From contig OZ024741.1 in assembly GCA_964016885.1 (NCBI GenBank), positions 126,852,001 through 126,916,000 of the forward strand: 64,000 nt of DNA, in the 5' to 3' direction. The DNA comes from Eledone cirrhosa (lineage: Eukaryota). The notes beneath the pieces are model-generated. The model saw only the letters and a program-made list of their open reading frames with translations. It had not been told where the DNA came from and searched no databases. A program made the translations under genes and the position numbers. Positions within the stretch are counted from its first letter, which is position 1; the number at the start of each line of letters is the position of its first letter. Below, in pieces: positions 26,514 to 39,735 of this stretch.

Positions 26514-27584
26514 ATAACTCTGTTACAATGTTGTTATTGACCAATAGTGAATGCGAGTGGCTTTGTAGTTAAGATGCTCGTCTCACGATCATAAGATTGT
26601 GAGTTATTTTCCTGACATACACCATTTCTAAGGGCATTTTAAAACCTGGCGAAGCCTGTCTCCTCTCCAGGTCTGAATTCAATAGATTTCTACCTGAGAA
26701 AAATAGAAAGTGAGAAAGTGAGCAAGAGATATAGAGGAAGAATCGACCCCAGTACTAGATTAGTATTTATTTATCGACCTTAAATGGATGAAAGGTAAAG
26801 TTGAAAGAGATTAAAAAGGCATATCAAAACCAAAATAATGTAGAGAACCCCCGCCGCTCACACACTCACATACACACATACACACACACATGCACACACA
26901 CACGCACACAAAAACCCACTCACATACAGAAGTTAAAAAGGAAAATGTGTAAGCCCTCAGATCTACAGGAATATCAAAACCAACACAATGTAGAAACACA
27001 CACACACACACACGCATACGTACATACACACACACACATAGACACACATATACATACATGCACACGCACATACACACACACACATATACATGCATATATT
27101 CATACACACATGCACACACACACATATATACACACACACACACACACTCACACACTTACAAACACAAGTTAAAAAAGGAAAATGTGTATTCTCTCAGATC
27201 TACAACCAAAACAACGTGGAAAAAACACTTACATGCACACACAGACGTTAAAAACGAAAATATGTACTTCCACAGATCTACAGAGATATCAAAACCAAAA
27301 CAAGTGGAAAAAATACGCACATACACACAAAATATCTCTCAATCGTTAATGAAATCAAGAATGAAAGGATACAAATGATAGCCAAAAATCAAATTGCTAC
27401 TAATGCTAGATAAATATTACAAAAGAAAATATTTATCTGAATTCAAAGAATGCATTAATCAAGAGATCCGTGTTAAATTGTAAAGAATCCATTGTTGGAA
27501 AAAGTGACAACAATGCCTTGAACAAAAGAAATTGGCATTTCAACAACTGTAACAAGAGACCATATTATCGAGAACTTGGTAAAT

Positions 27585-29410
27585 AATGGTTTCTGATTTA
27601 AACACAAGGCCATCAATTTTTGGGGAGAGGAAAGTCGATTAAATCAACCCCAATGCGTTACTGGTACTTTATTTTATCGACCTCGTAAGGATGAAAGGCA
27701 AAGCGAACTTTGGCGAGATTATAATTAAGAACGCAAAAGCACATAACTTGCAAAAGCACATAACTACATGCTGTAAAGTTTGGTAAATAATTTTCTACAT
27801 TTGGCACAAGGCCAGCAATTTGATGCGAGGGGGGAAGTCACTTAAACCGAACCCAATTAAATCACGTGGCTTAATGTGTAGTATGTTTGATGGGCTTTTT
27901 AACAGTTTCCATTTAACAATTTCACTCAATGGCATGGGTTGACTTGAGTCTATGGTAAATGGCACTTGCCTAAGATGTCACGCAATGAGAATGAAGCAAG
28001 CTTATTAACCATTAAACTATTCTGCGTCTACGGAAGAGTATGGCCAGCCACGTATTTACTACGGACGGTAATGTTATAAACAACAAAAGCAGTGAAAATG
28101 AGGTTGACTTAAAATATATAAGGAAAATGTGAAATGTAGTCATTCAAATGTAAATAACTATAAGTTATTTCTACTTATGGCACGAAGCCAGCAATTTGAA
28201 AGGAAGAGAAAAGTCGATTAATTCGACCCTAGTGGGTTACCGGGACTTTATTTTATCAACCCCGTAAGGATGAAATACAAAGCTAACCTCGGCGAGATTT
28301 GAACTCTGTACGTGAAGGACCGTAACTATATGCCACAAAGCATGTTGTCCGACTCGCTACCGATACTGCCAATCCCATAACGGGCTTACAAACTCACTGA
28401 ACAGAAAAAGGTGGTATCACACATGTCAGTGGGTTAATACTGTCAATCCACCGCCCTACATTATAACTATAATAATTGTTTCTACGTTTGGCTCAAGGCC
28501 AGCAAATACCCAGTGCATTACTGGTACTTTATTTTATCGACCCCGTAAGGATGAAAGGCAAAGTTAACCTCGGCGGGATTTGAACTCCGAATGGCAAGGG
28601 CCGTAACTCTATGCGTTAAAGCATGGCGTCCGACCCTCTACCGATACTGCCAATCCATCATTATAACTATAATAATTGTTTCTACTTTAGGCACAAGGCC
28701 AGCAATTACCCAGTGCATTACTGGTACTTTATTTTATCGACCCCGTAAGGATGAAAGGCAAAGTCAACCTCGGCGGGATTTAATAATGAATGATGAATAC
28801 ATATAATAGTTGGGAAAATCGAGTAACCCAGAGCGCCTCTGTTCACTTGTTTCTCCATTCCCGGGGTACTTTACCCAATTATCTCAAATATTATTGATTC
28901 TGATCGACTCTTGTTATCATCTTTTTCTAAAAATATAATGAAACAGAAAAGGATGCGAATTGGCAGTCGTTAGATCGTCGGGTAGAATGATTTGCAGTAT
29001 TCGATCTGGCTCTCTGAGTTCAAATCCCGCCGAGGTCAACTTTTCATAATTTCGAGGTCGAAAGTACGAATCAAGTATTGGAGTCAGTTCTTCCTTTATA
29101 TCTCTTTCTCACTTCTTCACTCTATTATTCCTTATCCTTCCCTGGAAGAAATCTGCTATATTCAAACTTGGAGAGAAGATGAGTTCCGCCGGGTTTTCAA
29201 ATACCCCAACAAAAGCAGTATGTCAATATGGCACCACTACGACTTCATCAGACGAAGCAGAATATGAAAAGTAGCAGCAGATTAAAGTTGGTAAAACGTC
29301 GAATATAATGTTTCGTTCCGGTTGTGCAGGCTCTGAGTTCAAATCTTGCCGAGGTCAACTTCGCCTTTCATCCTTTCGAGGTCGATGAATAAAGTACCAG
29401 TCTAGTACTG
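27585..29410. mobile_element. Cluster of SINE family A copies (minus: 27585-27780, 28160-28375, 28470-28660, 28670-28780; plus: 28955-29080, 29290-29410)
   Basis: Repeated ACTGGTACTTTATTTTATCGACCCCGTAAGGATGAAAGGCAAAG block and its complement. Confidence 0.85.
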
Positions 29411-29419
29411 AAGTCGAAG

Positions 29420-29459
<40 letters not shown>

Positions 29460-30379
29460 TTCTCTTTCTCTTTCTCTTCCCCCCCCCCCCCTCTCTCTCC
29501 CTGGAAGAAATCGATTGTTTTAACACCTGGATAGGGATGGGCTCTGCCAGGTACGCTCTCTATTATTGCGGTGCCTCTACGACACGATCCAGATTTCCGA
29601 GCCCAGAGAGGGGTGAATGTGTATGCTGCAAAGACATTGATTTCCAGCATCACCATAACGCTTTTATAAGCTAAGCAATTTGCACACAAATAAAAAAAAA
29701 AGCTACTGGGTACGGGGGAAAGATTTATCGATTAATGCCAATACCCTAGCACTTAAATGTTAATACAGATTGTTAACACCATAGAAGGTTGACAGGCAAA
29801 TAAAAAATATCGACATTGTAGATATATATGAATGTTGAACGTAAAATAATGTTGTTAAAAATTGACACAAAATATTTTGTCTTGTGTGTTTGTGTTTTGT
29901 TGAGGAAATTGAAAGCATATTGGCTGCAATGCTATGACAGAAACCAGCAATGTTATGTAAAAATGTCTTTGCTGAAATGAAACATTTTATTGAAAATAGA
30001 ACACAGGACTCGACATCGATCAAAAGGAAATTATTTCAAATCAAACAAAATAAAAATGAAATAAGGCTAATGCAAATCTCGTATTTCTATTTTCTCTACT
30101 TGATGTTATTTTTTCTCTTTACCTTTTTACATTAAATAGTAAATGCGCGTAGGTTAGTTGTTAGTGTTCGACGCATGATCGTATGGTCATGTGTTCGATT
30201 ACATGAGAGGGTGATGCGTTGTGTCCTTGAGCGAGTTTGGAGGCTAAAAATTTGGTGTTACATGCCAAAAGTGACGAGAGAACTCTTTAGTTGTGTCAGG
30301 AGCGCAACCTCTCAGGTCGTGGTGATCTGTCCGACAGGCGCGCCCAGTACACTCTGTAAAGTGGTTGTTGTTAATACAA

Positions 30380-31330
30380 TACTAACACCTTTTTTTCTTT
30401 TCCTTTTGGGGCTAGGTCTTCTCCATAATACTCCATTCTACCTTGTGAGGTATGTTTATATCTCTAAGACCACGTACGCGAGTAGCCAGTGCTGTTGTTT
30501 TTCAGATGCTGGCGTCTAAATGAGGCGATATGTGAGTAGTAGCGCTGTTTGGGGCGGACATGTGTCATTTACACATATCGTTCAGTTGCGGTTGGTTGAC
30601 CGTTTACATTTGTTACAATCGTGGCTTCGTAGGCTACCGATCTTGTGTTACATTTCTGTTGTAGGGCATTCTTCTTTTTTCCTACATTAGAATCATGTGT
30701 AAAACTCTCGTGTTCGTTTTAAGTTTATTTTAAACCTCATCGATGGGCCGCATCAGTAGCTAACTTTTCCCGACTACCTGTTAAATATCTTATTATACCA
30801 ATAGTGGGGGGGGGGAGTGCCTTACAACTATTAGTTGTAAGAATGTTCTACCTAGGTTGGTCTTCACTGCTAGGGAGTAGGGTGGAGTGAACCAGATGAT
30901 CTTTCTATTTCTATTCTTAGGTTTCTTTTGATTGATATTATTGGCATATATGTAATTTTGTCCTTGAAAGCGCTATCCTTCAGAGCTTTATTGTAATAAG
31001 GTGTCCTTATCGAATATTTCTTTAGAGGAAGATAAAGCCGAGATCATACGACTAACTGTAGTAAGTCCGCTTCAAAAGGTGCTAGTTCTCTAAATCTAGG
31101 AGGAAATAGGCTTGACTTGATATTAAAATGGTCAGTGGTGGTGGTAGTTATTTCTCCGTCCGAGAGTAGTGCCTTCCATCTCAGTCTGGGCATCACATTT
31201 TTTCTACTTTTTATATCAACAATTTGCTGTAAGTTGGGTTGGTTGCTGTTGGTATATTCCTCGTATAATAGTCGATCTTATATAATAGTCGATCTTGTGT
31301 GGGTTTATATCCTTGTATTTTTAGAGTGCT
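30380..31330 (-). mobile_element. Internally deleted, degraded Naiad-type PLE (not in the ORF track)
   Basis: Minus translations RLRWKAL, PPRFRELAPFEADLLQLV, ISALSSSKEIF, RNRKIIWFTPPYS, KQRYYSHIASF and HKVEWSI parallel the other PLEs here. The RT palm is absent. Confidence 0.75.
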
Positions 31331-31699
31331 CAACTTGCCGAGCTAAAGGATGCCAATCTTAGTGCAAAAGAGTTTACATCGATTACTGACCGTCGGATGC
31401 TCTATGCGAAGAACTGACCAAAAATAGTCTTGTTATTGTCTTCAACATATAAATGTTGCTACCTCCGGTTTCAAACGCTGCATGTATGATTGAGCTTTCG
31501 AAAAGCTATCAACGTGAGATCTCGTACGTGCAAGAGGCATAACCCTGTCTTAATTAACCGCTTGTTTTCCTAATGCAAGGGAATAACTCTGGCTAATAAT
31601 ATAGTTATATATACACTACATAGATTTGAATATATGTATATCCATAAATATATATATTTTTTTTTTCTCGATTCTTCTCTCCATTCTAATCCATTAGTC

Positions 31700-34600
31700 A
31701 TTCATTCATTCACCATTCTATATCATATTTTCACCATTCTATATCATATTTTTTCTCTAAAATCATATTTTCTCTATCATCGCATTTTCTCTATCGTATT
31801 TTCTTAAACAAAACAAATCTTGTATTTTCGTTTATTGTTAAATTATGCCCAAAATACGGGGATCTTATCTTAAACCTTACATTCTCGCTAACTACCCAAC
31901 ATCCCTCCTTCCCGCCCCCACGCACCACCATTATTACGTGGACCAATCATAAGTCAGAGGCCCATACTATCGCTTAACTGGTTGCTGGATGGACTACGGA
32001 ATTCTGGAGAGTTGAAGAGAGAAAAATCTGGACGCTCAGCGACAATGCCAAAGATAAAGACAAATTCACCTCGTGGACGAGAATGCAAGCACTCCTCCTT
32101 GTTTCGGCCGAGGATGGCTAACATAACCCCCCCCCCCCCCCGCACCCCACCGCTCCTACCCTCCAAACGCAATCCAAAACTTCAGAGTTGGTACCATGAA
32201 TGTAGGCACCTTAAAGGGCCGCTCTAACGAGGTTGTAGAAATGCTTGAACGTAAGGAGGTCGATGTTTGTTGTATTCAAGAGACCAGGTGGAGGGGAGGG
32301 TCTGCTAGATTCATCGTGGGTAAAGAACGATGCTATAAGCTTTTCTGGGTGGGAAATGACAATGGGCTGGGTGGAGTAGGATCATGGTAGCAGAAAAGTG
32401 GGCAGATAATATAATAGACGTAAATAGAGTGAACGACAGAATAATTAAAATAAGACTTGTCCTCAATAAAACTACGGTGACAGTAATATCTGCGTACGCA
32501 CCCCAATCCGGACTGCCCGGCGCTATAAAAGACAGATTCTATGAGACACTGATGCTCGCTACCTCCCAAATAACCGACAGTGACTATATAATTATTGCAG
32601 GCGACCTAAATGGTCACGTTGGACAACATTGTGACGGCTATGACGGAATCCATGGAGGCTATGGGTTCGGTACTAGAAATGAGGAAGGCTCCAGAATCCT
32701 GGAATTCTGTGACGCAAATAACCTAACTATCTGTAACACTAACTTCAAAAAACGAGACAATCACTTGATCACCTATAGATCTGGGGAACACACAAGCCAG
32801 GTAGATTATATCCTTACCAGAAGACGTGACAGAGTGTCTGTTATTAACACTAAATCCCTCCCCCATGAAGAATGCACCTCCCAACATAGACTGATAATTA
32901 GCGACCTCATAGTCAGGACGAGACGTACTAGACAGCAGAAGAGGACTATCCTCAGGAGAAAAATATGGAAGCTAAAGGACCCCATAGCCAGAAATAAATT
33001 TAAAAGCATATTACTTGATGCTTTCGACAGTAAGGAAGAGCAATTAGAGTCGTATAATATAGAGGAACAGTGGGAATTCCTAAAAGCAAACCTGCTGACG
33101 GCGGCAGGTAGGAGGAGAGTAAGATGGTGGTGGAACAGTAAGGTGGAGGAGTCAATTAAGGCCAAAAAGCAGTCTTGGAAAGTATGGCGGGATGGGGGGG
33201 GAGTAGAGAAGACTATCAAGTGGCCAGGAGGGAAGCTAGGAGACAAGTGTACTTCGCAAGAAGGGAAGCAGAGGAAAGAAAGTTCAAGCATGTTCTACAA
33301 CGTGAGGACCAAGAACGTGAGGTGTTCAGGATTGCTAGGCAATGTGTCAAGGAAAACCGTGATATTGTCGGGGAGAAGTGTGTACTTAATGATGATGGCA
33401 TACTTGCCATCACTGACGCTGATAAGAAGGTAGCTTGAAAGTGTCACTACGAAAGGCTTCTAAATGAGAAGAACAAATGGGAGAAAGACAGTCTCCCCCA
33501 CATCGACCCAATAGAGGGACCAGCAGTGTTAGTCGAAGGTAGTATAATAAGTAAGGCAATCAAAGATATGAAGACGGGTAGGGCGGTTGGGCCTTCGGAA
33601 ATAGTTGCTGAGATGCTGAAAGCCTCTGGAACGGTGGGACACACCATGGTCACCCGGATAGTAAACCAAGTCATACAGAATGGGGTTGTTCCGAAGGAGT
33701 GGCATAGCAGCATCATCATTAACTGTTACAAGGGTAAAGGAGATGCCCTAGATAGGTGTAACTATAGAGGCATTAAATTAATCGACCAGGTCATGAAGGT
33801 CACGGAAAAAGTAATAGCGCAACTAATCAGAGAGAGAATTGATCTAGATGAAATGCAGTTCGGGTTTGTGTCAGGCAAAAGTACCACAGACGCTCTTTTC
33901 ATTGTACGACAACTACAGGAGAAGTACCTAGCTAAATGTAAACCCCTATACTTAGCTTTTGTTGACTTGGAGAAAGCCTTCGACAGAGTCCCCCGTTCCA
34001 TTATCTGGTGGGCTCTTAGAAAACTAGGTGTTGACGAATGGCTTGTGAGAGCTATACAAGCCATGTATAAAGAAACAGTCAGCAAGGTTAGAATTAACAA
34101 CGAATATAGTGAAGAGTTTAGCGTAAAAGTTGGTGTCCATCAGGGCTCTGTTCTTAGCCCCCTACTATTTATTATGGCCCTTCAGGCTATAACAGAGGAG
34201 TTCAAGACCGGCTGCCCATGGGAACTCCTATACGCAGATGATCTAACGCTCATAGCTGAATCAATGACCGAACTAGAGAAGAAATTCCAAACATGGAAGC
34301 ACGGCCTAGAATCAAAAGGACTTAAAATTAACCCGGCTAAGACTAAAGTTCTAGTTTGTAGGAAAGAAAATAAGGCGGCGGTCCCTTCCGGGAAATGGCC
34401 ATGCTCAGTGTGTAGGAAAGGCGTAGGTAGAAACTCCATTTTATGTCCCAAATGCAAAGTATGGGTGCATAAAAGATGTAGTGGGATCACAGGTAAGCTA
34501 ACTAAGAACATAGATTTTACATGTGGCCGGTGCTCTGGTGCAATAAGTAGCAGCAAGTGCCCACAAAATACTAGCTCTTTCAATTGCGCAGAGGGTTCTA

Positions 34601-35690
34601 TAGAAATAGTGGACAGCTTCCGTTACCTGGGTGACAAAATCAGCAGTGGGGGAGGGTGCTCTGAAAGTACAGTAGCTAGAGTCAGAACTGGATGGAAAAA
34701 GTTCAGAGAGCTTATACCACTATTAGCCGCTAAAGGGTTCTCCCTAAAAATGAAAGGCAGGTTATACGATGCCTGCATACGAACAGCAATGCTGCATGGC
34801 AGTGAGACCTGGGCATTGTGTCCAGAGGATATACGCAGACTAGAGAGGAACGAAGCTTGCATGCTCCGCTGGATATGCAATAGTAATACACGTGAACGGC
34901 TAAGCATAAACGAACTAAGGAAAAAATTAGAAATAAGAGGGATCAGATGTTGTTTACTCGAGAGAAGGCTACGTTGGTATGGTCACGTGATGCGCATGAA
35001 AGACGACAGCTGTATAACAAAGTGCAGGGCAATAAAGATAGACGGTAGCCACGGAGTAGGCAAACCCAGAAAAACCTGGGACGACATGATAAATTCCGAC
35101 CTCACACGCTTACATCTCTCCAAGACAATGTCACTGGACCGAGACCTTTGGCGGTACTCAGTAATAGAGAAGACCCGCCTTACCTAAATCCAAAGTAAAA
35201 CCTACTACAGTCAGTAGGCATCTCTATAACCCCCCTCCCCCCGTCCCACCACCCACCACCCCATCCACACCGCCCCTTTCAATGTAAAGTTATGTTGGTG
35301 CCACAACATCCAGGCCGAAACAAATGAGATCGTGTAGGTGTCACGACAAAAAAAACACACAGTCCACGCTGTAAATATGGCCGTGTAGGCAAAACGGTAA
35401 AAACCCCCCAGCCCCACACTGTAAATGTGGTTGGTGTTAGGAAGGGCATCCAGCTGTAGAAAACCCGCCAGACAGTCCACGCTGTAATGTGGCCGTGTAG
35501 GCAACACGGTAAAAACCTCCCAGCCCCACACTGTAAATGTGGTTGGTGTTAGGAAGGGCATCCAGCTGTAGAAAATCCGCCAGACAGTCCTATGCGAGCA
35601 AGACAACCACTCTTGCCTCAAGTGGGAAAAGCCCCGTCCAAACCCATGCAAGCGTGGAACACGGACGCTAAACCTTGATGATGATGATGA

Positions 35691-35693
<3 letters not shown>
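31700..35693 (+). mobile_element. Near full-length RTE-clade LINE with (GAT)n tail
   Basis: APE plus RT ORF, a 3' UTR with an internal duplication of about 110 bp, and a GATGATGAT tail into (TA)n. The 5' boundary is approximate. Confidence 0.93.
32196..35187 (+). pseudogene. RTE ORF: AP endonuclease, reverse transcriptase and PHD-like zinc finger
   Basis: MNVGTL...IQETRW, SAYAPQ, GDLNGHVG, QFGF, FVDLEKAFDRV, GVHQGSVLSP, LYADDL, CSVC...CPKCKVWVHKRC...CGRC, RLRWYGHV. Frameshifts near 32385 and 33195, stop at 33436. Confidence 0.95.
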
Positions 35694-35749
<56 letters not shown>

Positions 35750-35795
35750 AACAAATTTAACTCGAAAGTAGAGTTTTGAAACGCGAGTGTATAGG

Positions 35796-36179
35796 ATTCT
35801 CAGTAAAATGGGAAAATTAGTTGTATGGAAGCTGTTACAATAGCAAAATACCGTGGAAGCGGCTTTGGGTAAAATATTACCTCAAAGGACAGAGATCAGT
35901 GGCTCGATGTGAGTTGACTCGAAGGAAGAAAGAGAAGAGAGGAAGGAGGAAAAAGAATGGATGAAAGCGAACATTAATATTCGTATATTAATGTTTGTGA
36001 CCTGTTCGCTTTCATCCATTCTTTTCCTCCTTCCTCTCTTCTCTTTCTTCCTTCGAGTCAACTCACATCTAGCCACTGATCTCTGTCCTTCGAGCTAATA
36101 TTTTACTCAACGCCGCTTCCACGGTATTTTGCTGTTCTAGCAGCTTCCATACGCAGAGTTTTCCCATTTTTCTGAGAAT
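35796..36179. repeat. Fold-back inverted repeat, about 178-bp arms
   Basis: 35796-35973 pairs with 36003-36179. Flanked by microsatellites. Confidence 0.88.
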
Positions 36180-36185
36180 ATATAT

Positions 36186-36244
<59 letters not shown>

Positions 36245-36280
36245 ATGTATGTTACCACATATTTTCTGTTCTACACACAC

Positions 36281-36315
<35 letters not shown>

Positions 36316-36418
36316 TATATGTATATATATGTATATATGTGTATATATGTATATGTGTGTATATATGCATATATATATATATGTATATATGTATATATAT
36401 GACTAGATTGTATGTATA

Positions 36419-36469
<51 letters not shown>

Positions 36470-36568
36470 ATAGATGTATATATATATATATATATACATT
36501 ATGAAGAGAGAAGAAACATTTAGATATAATTAGTAATAAAATGTATCATACCTAAACTGTTCCTAAAT

Positions 36569-36656
36569 TCCTCGACTACGTAGTTTCGTGGCATAAACAA
36601 AAACAATATATCAAAGATATAGAGTCCTTGCGAGGTCTGCCGACTTATCAAGAGGA
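36569..36656 (-). ncRNA. Type I hammerhead, U3-A8 variant with branched stem II
   Basis: tcctc TTGATAA gtcggca...tgccac GAAA ctacgtag TC gagga. Perfect 5-bp stem I and 10-nt palindrome ACTACGTAGT. Confidence 0.82.
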
Positions 36657-37159
36657 TACCTCATTTTACTAGTCTCAAGAACGCGTCTACACGACGTGAG
36701 AAAGAATCCCAAAAGGCGGAGGGGGAGATAGTCACGCGATATAACGGTCGAGAAACAGAGCTAAGCCTCTTATAACCACGAAGAAAATACCACGGAGGCG
36801 GAGGGGGTATTCATATCGAGGCCGCAGAAGAGGTAGTGAAGAAGGCGAGAAGTATGAGTAATGGAAGCTTTCCAGTTGTCCCCACACTTCAAAGATTGCT
36901 CGACCAGAGGGAGTTATTAATATATTTAGAAACACACAGATACATGCGGACACACACATATATACATGAATGCATCCGCACCCAACTGTGAGTTAAGGGT
37001 GCCAACTTCACCGATGTTGCTCAATGAATGACTGGGACAGACCAATTCAGTTTGAACCAGACTGAACCAGTATCAGAGTTAAAAATACATTATAAAGAGA
37101 GAAGAAACATTTAGATATAATTAGTAATAAAATGTATCATACCTAAACTGTTCCTAAAT

Positions 37160-37247
37160 TCCTCGACTACGTAGTTTCGTGGCATAAACAAAAACAATAT
37201 ATCAAAGATATAGAGTCCTTGCGAGGTCTGCCGACTTATCAAGAGGA
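37160..37247 (-). ncRNA. Type I hammerhead, U3-A8 variant (tandem copy)
   Basis: Identical to 36569-36656. Confidence 0.82.
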
Positions 37248-37627
37248 TACCTCATTTTACTAGTCTCAAGAACGCGTCTATATATATATACACATGAATA
37301 TATGTACAGATGTATATATATACATATATATATATATTTATATATATATATATGAAATAATTTATATATATATATATGAAATATGCCTTTGCATATAAAA
37401 ATTTGTGCGTATATATATCAATAGAGATGATACATAAAAAGATTGTGAAATTTATTATGAATTATGCAACCTTTGAACTAAGTTTTTGTGATGTGTTATA
37501 CATTATAACGAAATACATTTAATTTTTTAATATATATAATTTAAATGTTTGTGTCTACAATCATTATATCAAATATATCATATTTGTGTGTGTGTGTGTT
37601 TTTGGATCTTCTGCGTTCCATCCTGTC

Positions 37628-37895
37628 GCTTAGTGGTAAGGGTGTTGGACTTAAGATTATAATGCTGTGGGTTCTATCCCTGAACTAGGTTGCCTGTTGT
37701 GTCCTTGAGCAAAACACTTCATTTCACGTTGCTCCTGTTTACACAGCTGAAAATGAGTACTAGTTATAGCTCTTGGTTTAACCCTGCGGTAGACTGGCGT
37801 CGTCTTTATGTGGAAATCTTGTACTCTCATTCTCTTATCGCCACTAAAACCAGAATAAGCACTGGCCTGATGAGCCTCCTAGCTCAGGACAGAAT
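37628..37895 (+). mobile_element. SINE family B copy
   Basis: TTAGTGGTAAGGG...GTGTCCTTGAGCAAAACACTTCATTTCACGTTGCTCC. Confidence 0.8.
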
Positions 37896-38314
37896 TTAAA
37901 CTGTTCCGGTAGCGCATGTTACTGTAGCTCCAACAGCGTAAGAGCTTCTTCTTAAAATTCACATGCAAGTGACTGAGCAATCCATAAATACGTGTAGCCA
38001 TAGTGTAGTTCTCAAAGAGATTCAGCATTGCACCGTGTTTGGCCATGTTAGCCGTTTGAACAACTGGTCCAACATATTTTTGGCAGCTAAGTGAATTAGA
38101 TTGTCTTCTTTTCGGACAACGTGATGCTGGAGATCGAACTCACAGCCGTGTATCGTTCATCCCAATTACTAAGCCACGTTATTTCTCTATATTTGTGTAT
38201 ACGATAGCATATATTACATGCAGTCAGCCCTCTCTGTTGGTAAAAAATAGTTCGATCACATTGCGTGGTCTCTTGGGCAAATGCCATTCCATAAACTAAA
38301 AAAAAAACGTCTAA

Positions 38315-38587
38315 AGTCTGTCTTAAGCCAGAAGGCTCATTTGGCTGGTGCTTATCCCCGGTTTCATGGCGTGAAGTGACTGAGAGTACAAGACTCACCC
38401 CTGGACAGGACGCCAGTCCATCGCAGGGTTAAACCTCCAGCTATTGCTGGTACTCATTTTCAGCTGAGTATACTGGAGCAACGTGAAATGAAGTGTTTTG
38501 CTCAAGAACACAACACGCAGCCCAGGAATCGAACCCACGACAATATGATCGTAAATCCAACAGTCTTACCACTAGGCCACGTGCCTC
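38315..38587 (-). mobile_element. SINE family B, full length
   Basis: Matches 1565-1828. Confidence 0.88.
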
Positions 38588-38807
38588 CACCATTCCATAA
38601 ACGCGTGTACCCATAGCGTTATACTCAGGGAGAGTCAACGTTACTCTATGTCTCGCAATTCATATTTGCTAGCTGGATGGATTAGAGGAATGCAAAATAA
38701 AACGTCTTGTCCAAAGAACATCATCTCGCTGGAAATCAAGCCGAAAACTCTAACCAATAAGCTACACGACTATACATTAAACTAGTAAAATTATATATGA
38801 AACAATA

Positions 38808-39235
38808 GAGTCGGACGCCATGTTTTGCAGCATAGAGTTACGGCACTTTACGGTTTGCGTTCAAATCCCGCCGAGGTTTACTTTGCCTTTCATCCTTACA
38901 GGGTCGATAAAATAGAGTACCAGTCACGCACTGGGGTCGAATTAATCGACTTTCTCCTTCCTCAAAATTGATGATCTTGTGCCTATATAAGAAACCATTA
39001 TTTCACTGTGGTTTAGGTCTGTGAATTCGCAGCATCGGTAGAGTGACCGATAATATACTTTGCGGCAAAGTGTTACGGCTTTTTACATTCTGATTTCACA
39101 TCTCGCAAAGGTTAGCTTTGCATTTCATCCTTACAGAGTCGATAAAATATAGTACCAGTAACGTACTGAGAATGACAATCCATTTCCTCTCCACGCAATA
39201 TTATTGGTCTTGTACCTAAATCAGAATCCATTATT
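38808..39235 (+). mobile_element. Two SINE family A copies
   Basis: The TTTGCCTTTCATCCTTACAGGGTCGATAAAAT block occurs twice. Confidence 0.8.
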
Positions 39236-39321
39236 TGATTGTGGTTTCAAAAGGTTTTTTTACGTAGAATTTAATTTCTTAATGTATTTTAACATATGAC
39301 AACATGAATAACGAATGGAAT

Positions 39322-39398
<77 letters not shown>

Positions 39399-39512
39399 TA
39401 TATATATTACAATCCCAGATATGTGTTTCATGTATATTCTGATATGCATTATTAGTGATGCTGTTGACATCGTTAAAAGTACCGAGAGTCGTGTGATTAT
39501 TTCATTACATTG

Positions 39513-39562
<50 letters not shown>

Positions 39563-39693
39563 TTGCACGCGGGTGTGTGTATGTGTGTGTGTATATGTGT
39601 ATACATATAAATTTATATGTAAATCTACGTATACACAGACACGCACACACACATATATGTACATGTATATGTGTATATATATATATATATACG

Positions 39694-39726
<33 letters not shown>

Positions 39727-39735
39727 TTGTGTGTG

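Larger units (their letters stand above)
36496..37280 (-). mobile_element. Retrozyme-like non-coding element: two 194-bp direct repeats, each with a hammerhead, period 591 nt
   Basis: 36496-36689 is nearly identical to 37087-37280. No meaningful ORF. (TA)n on both flanks. Confidence 0.8.
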
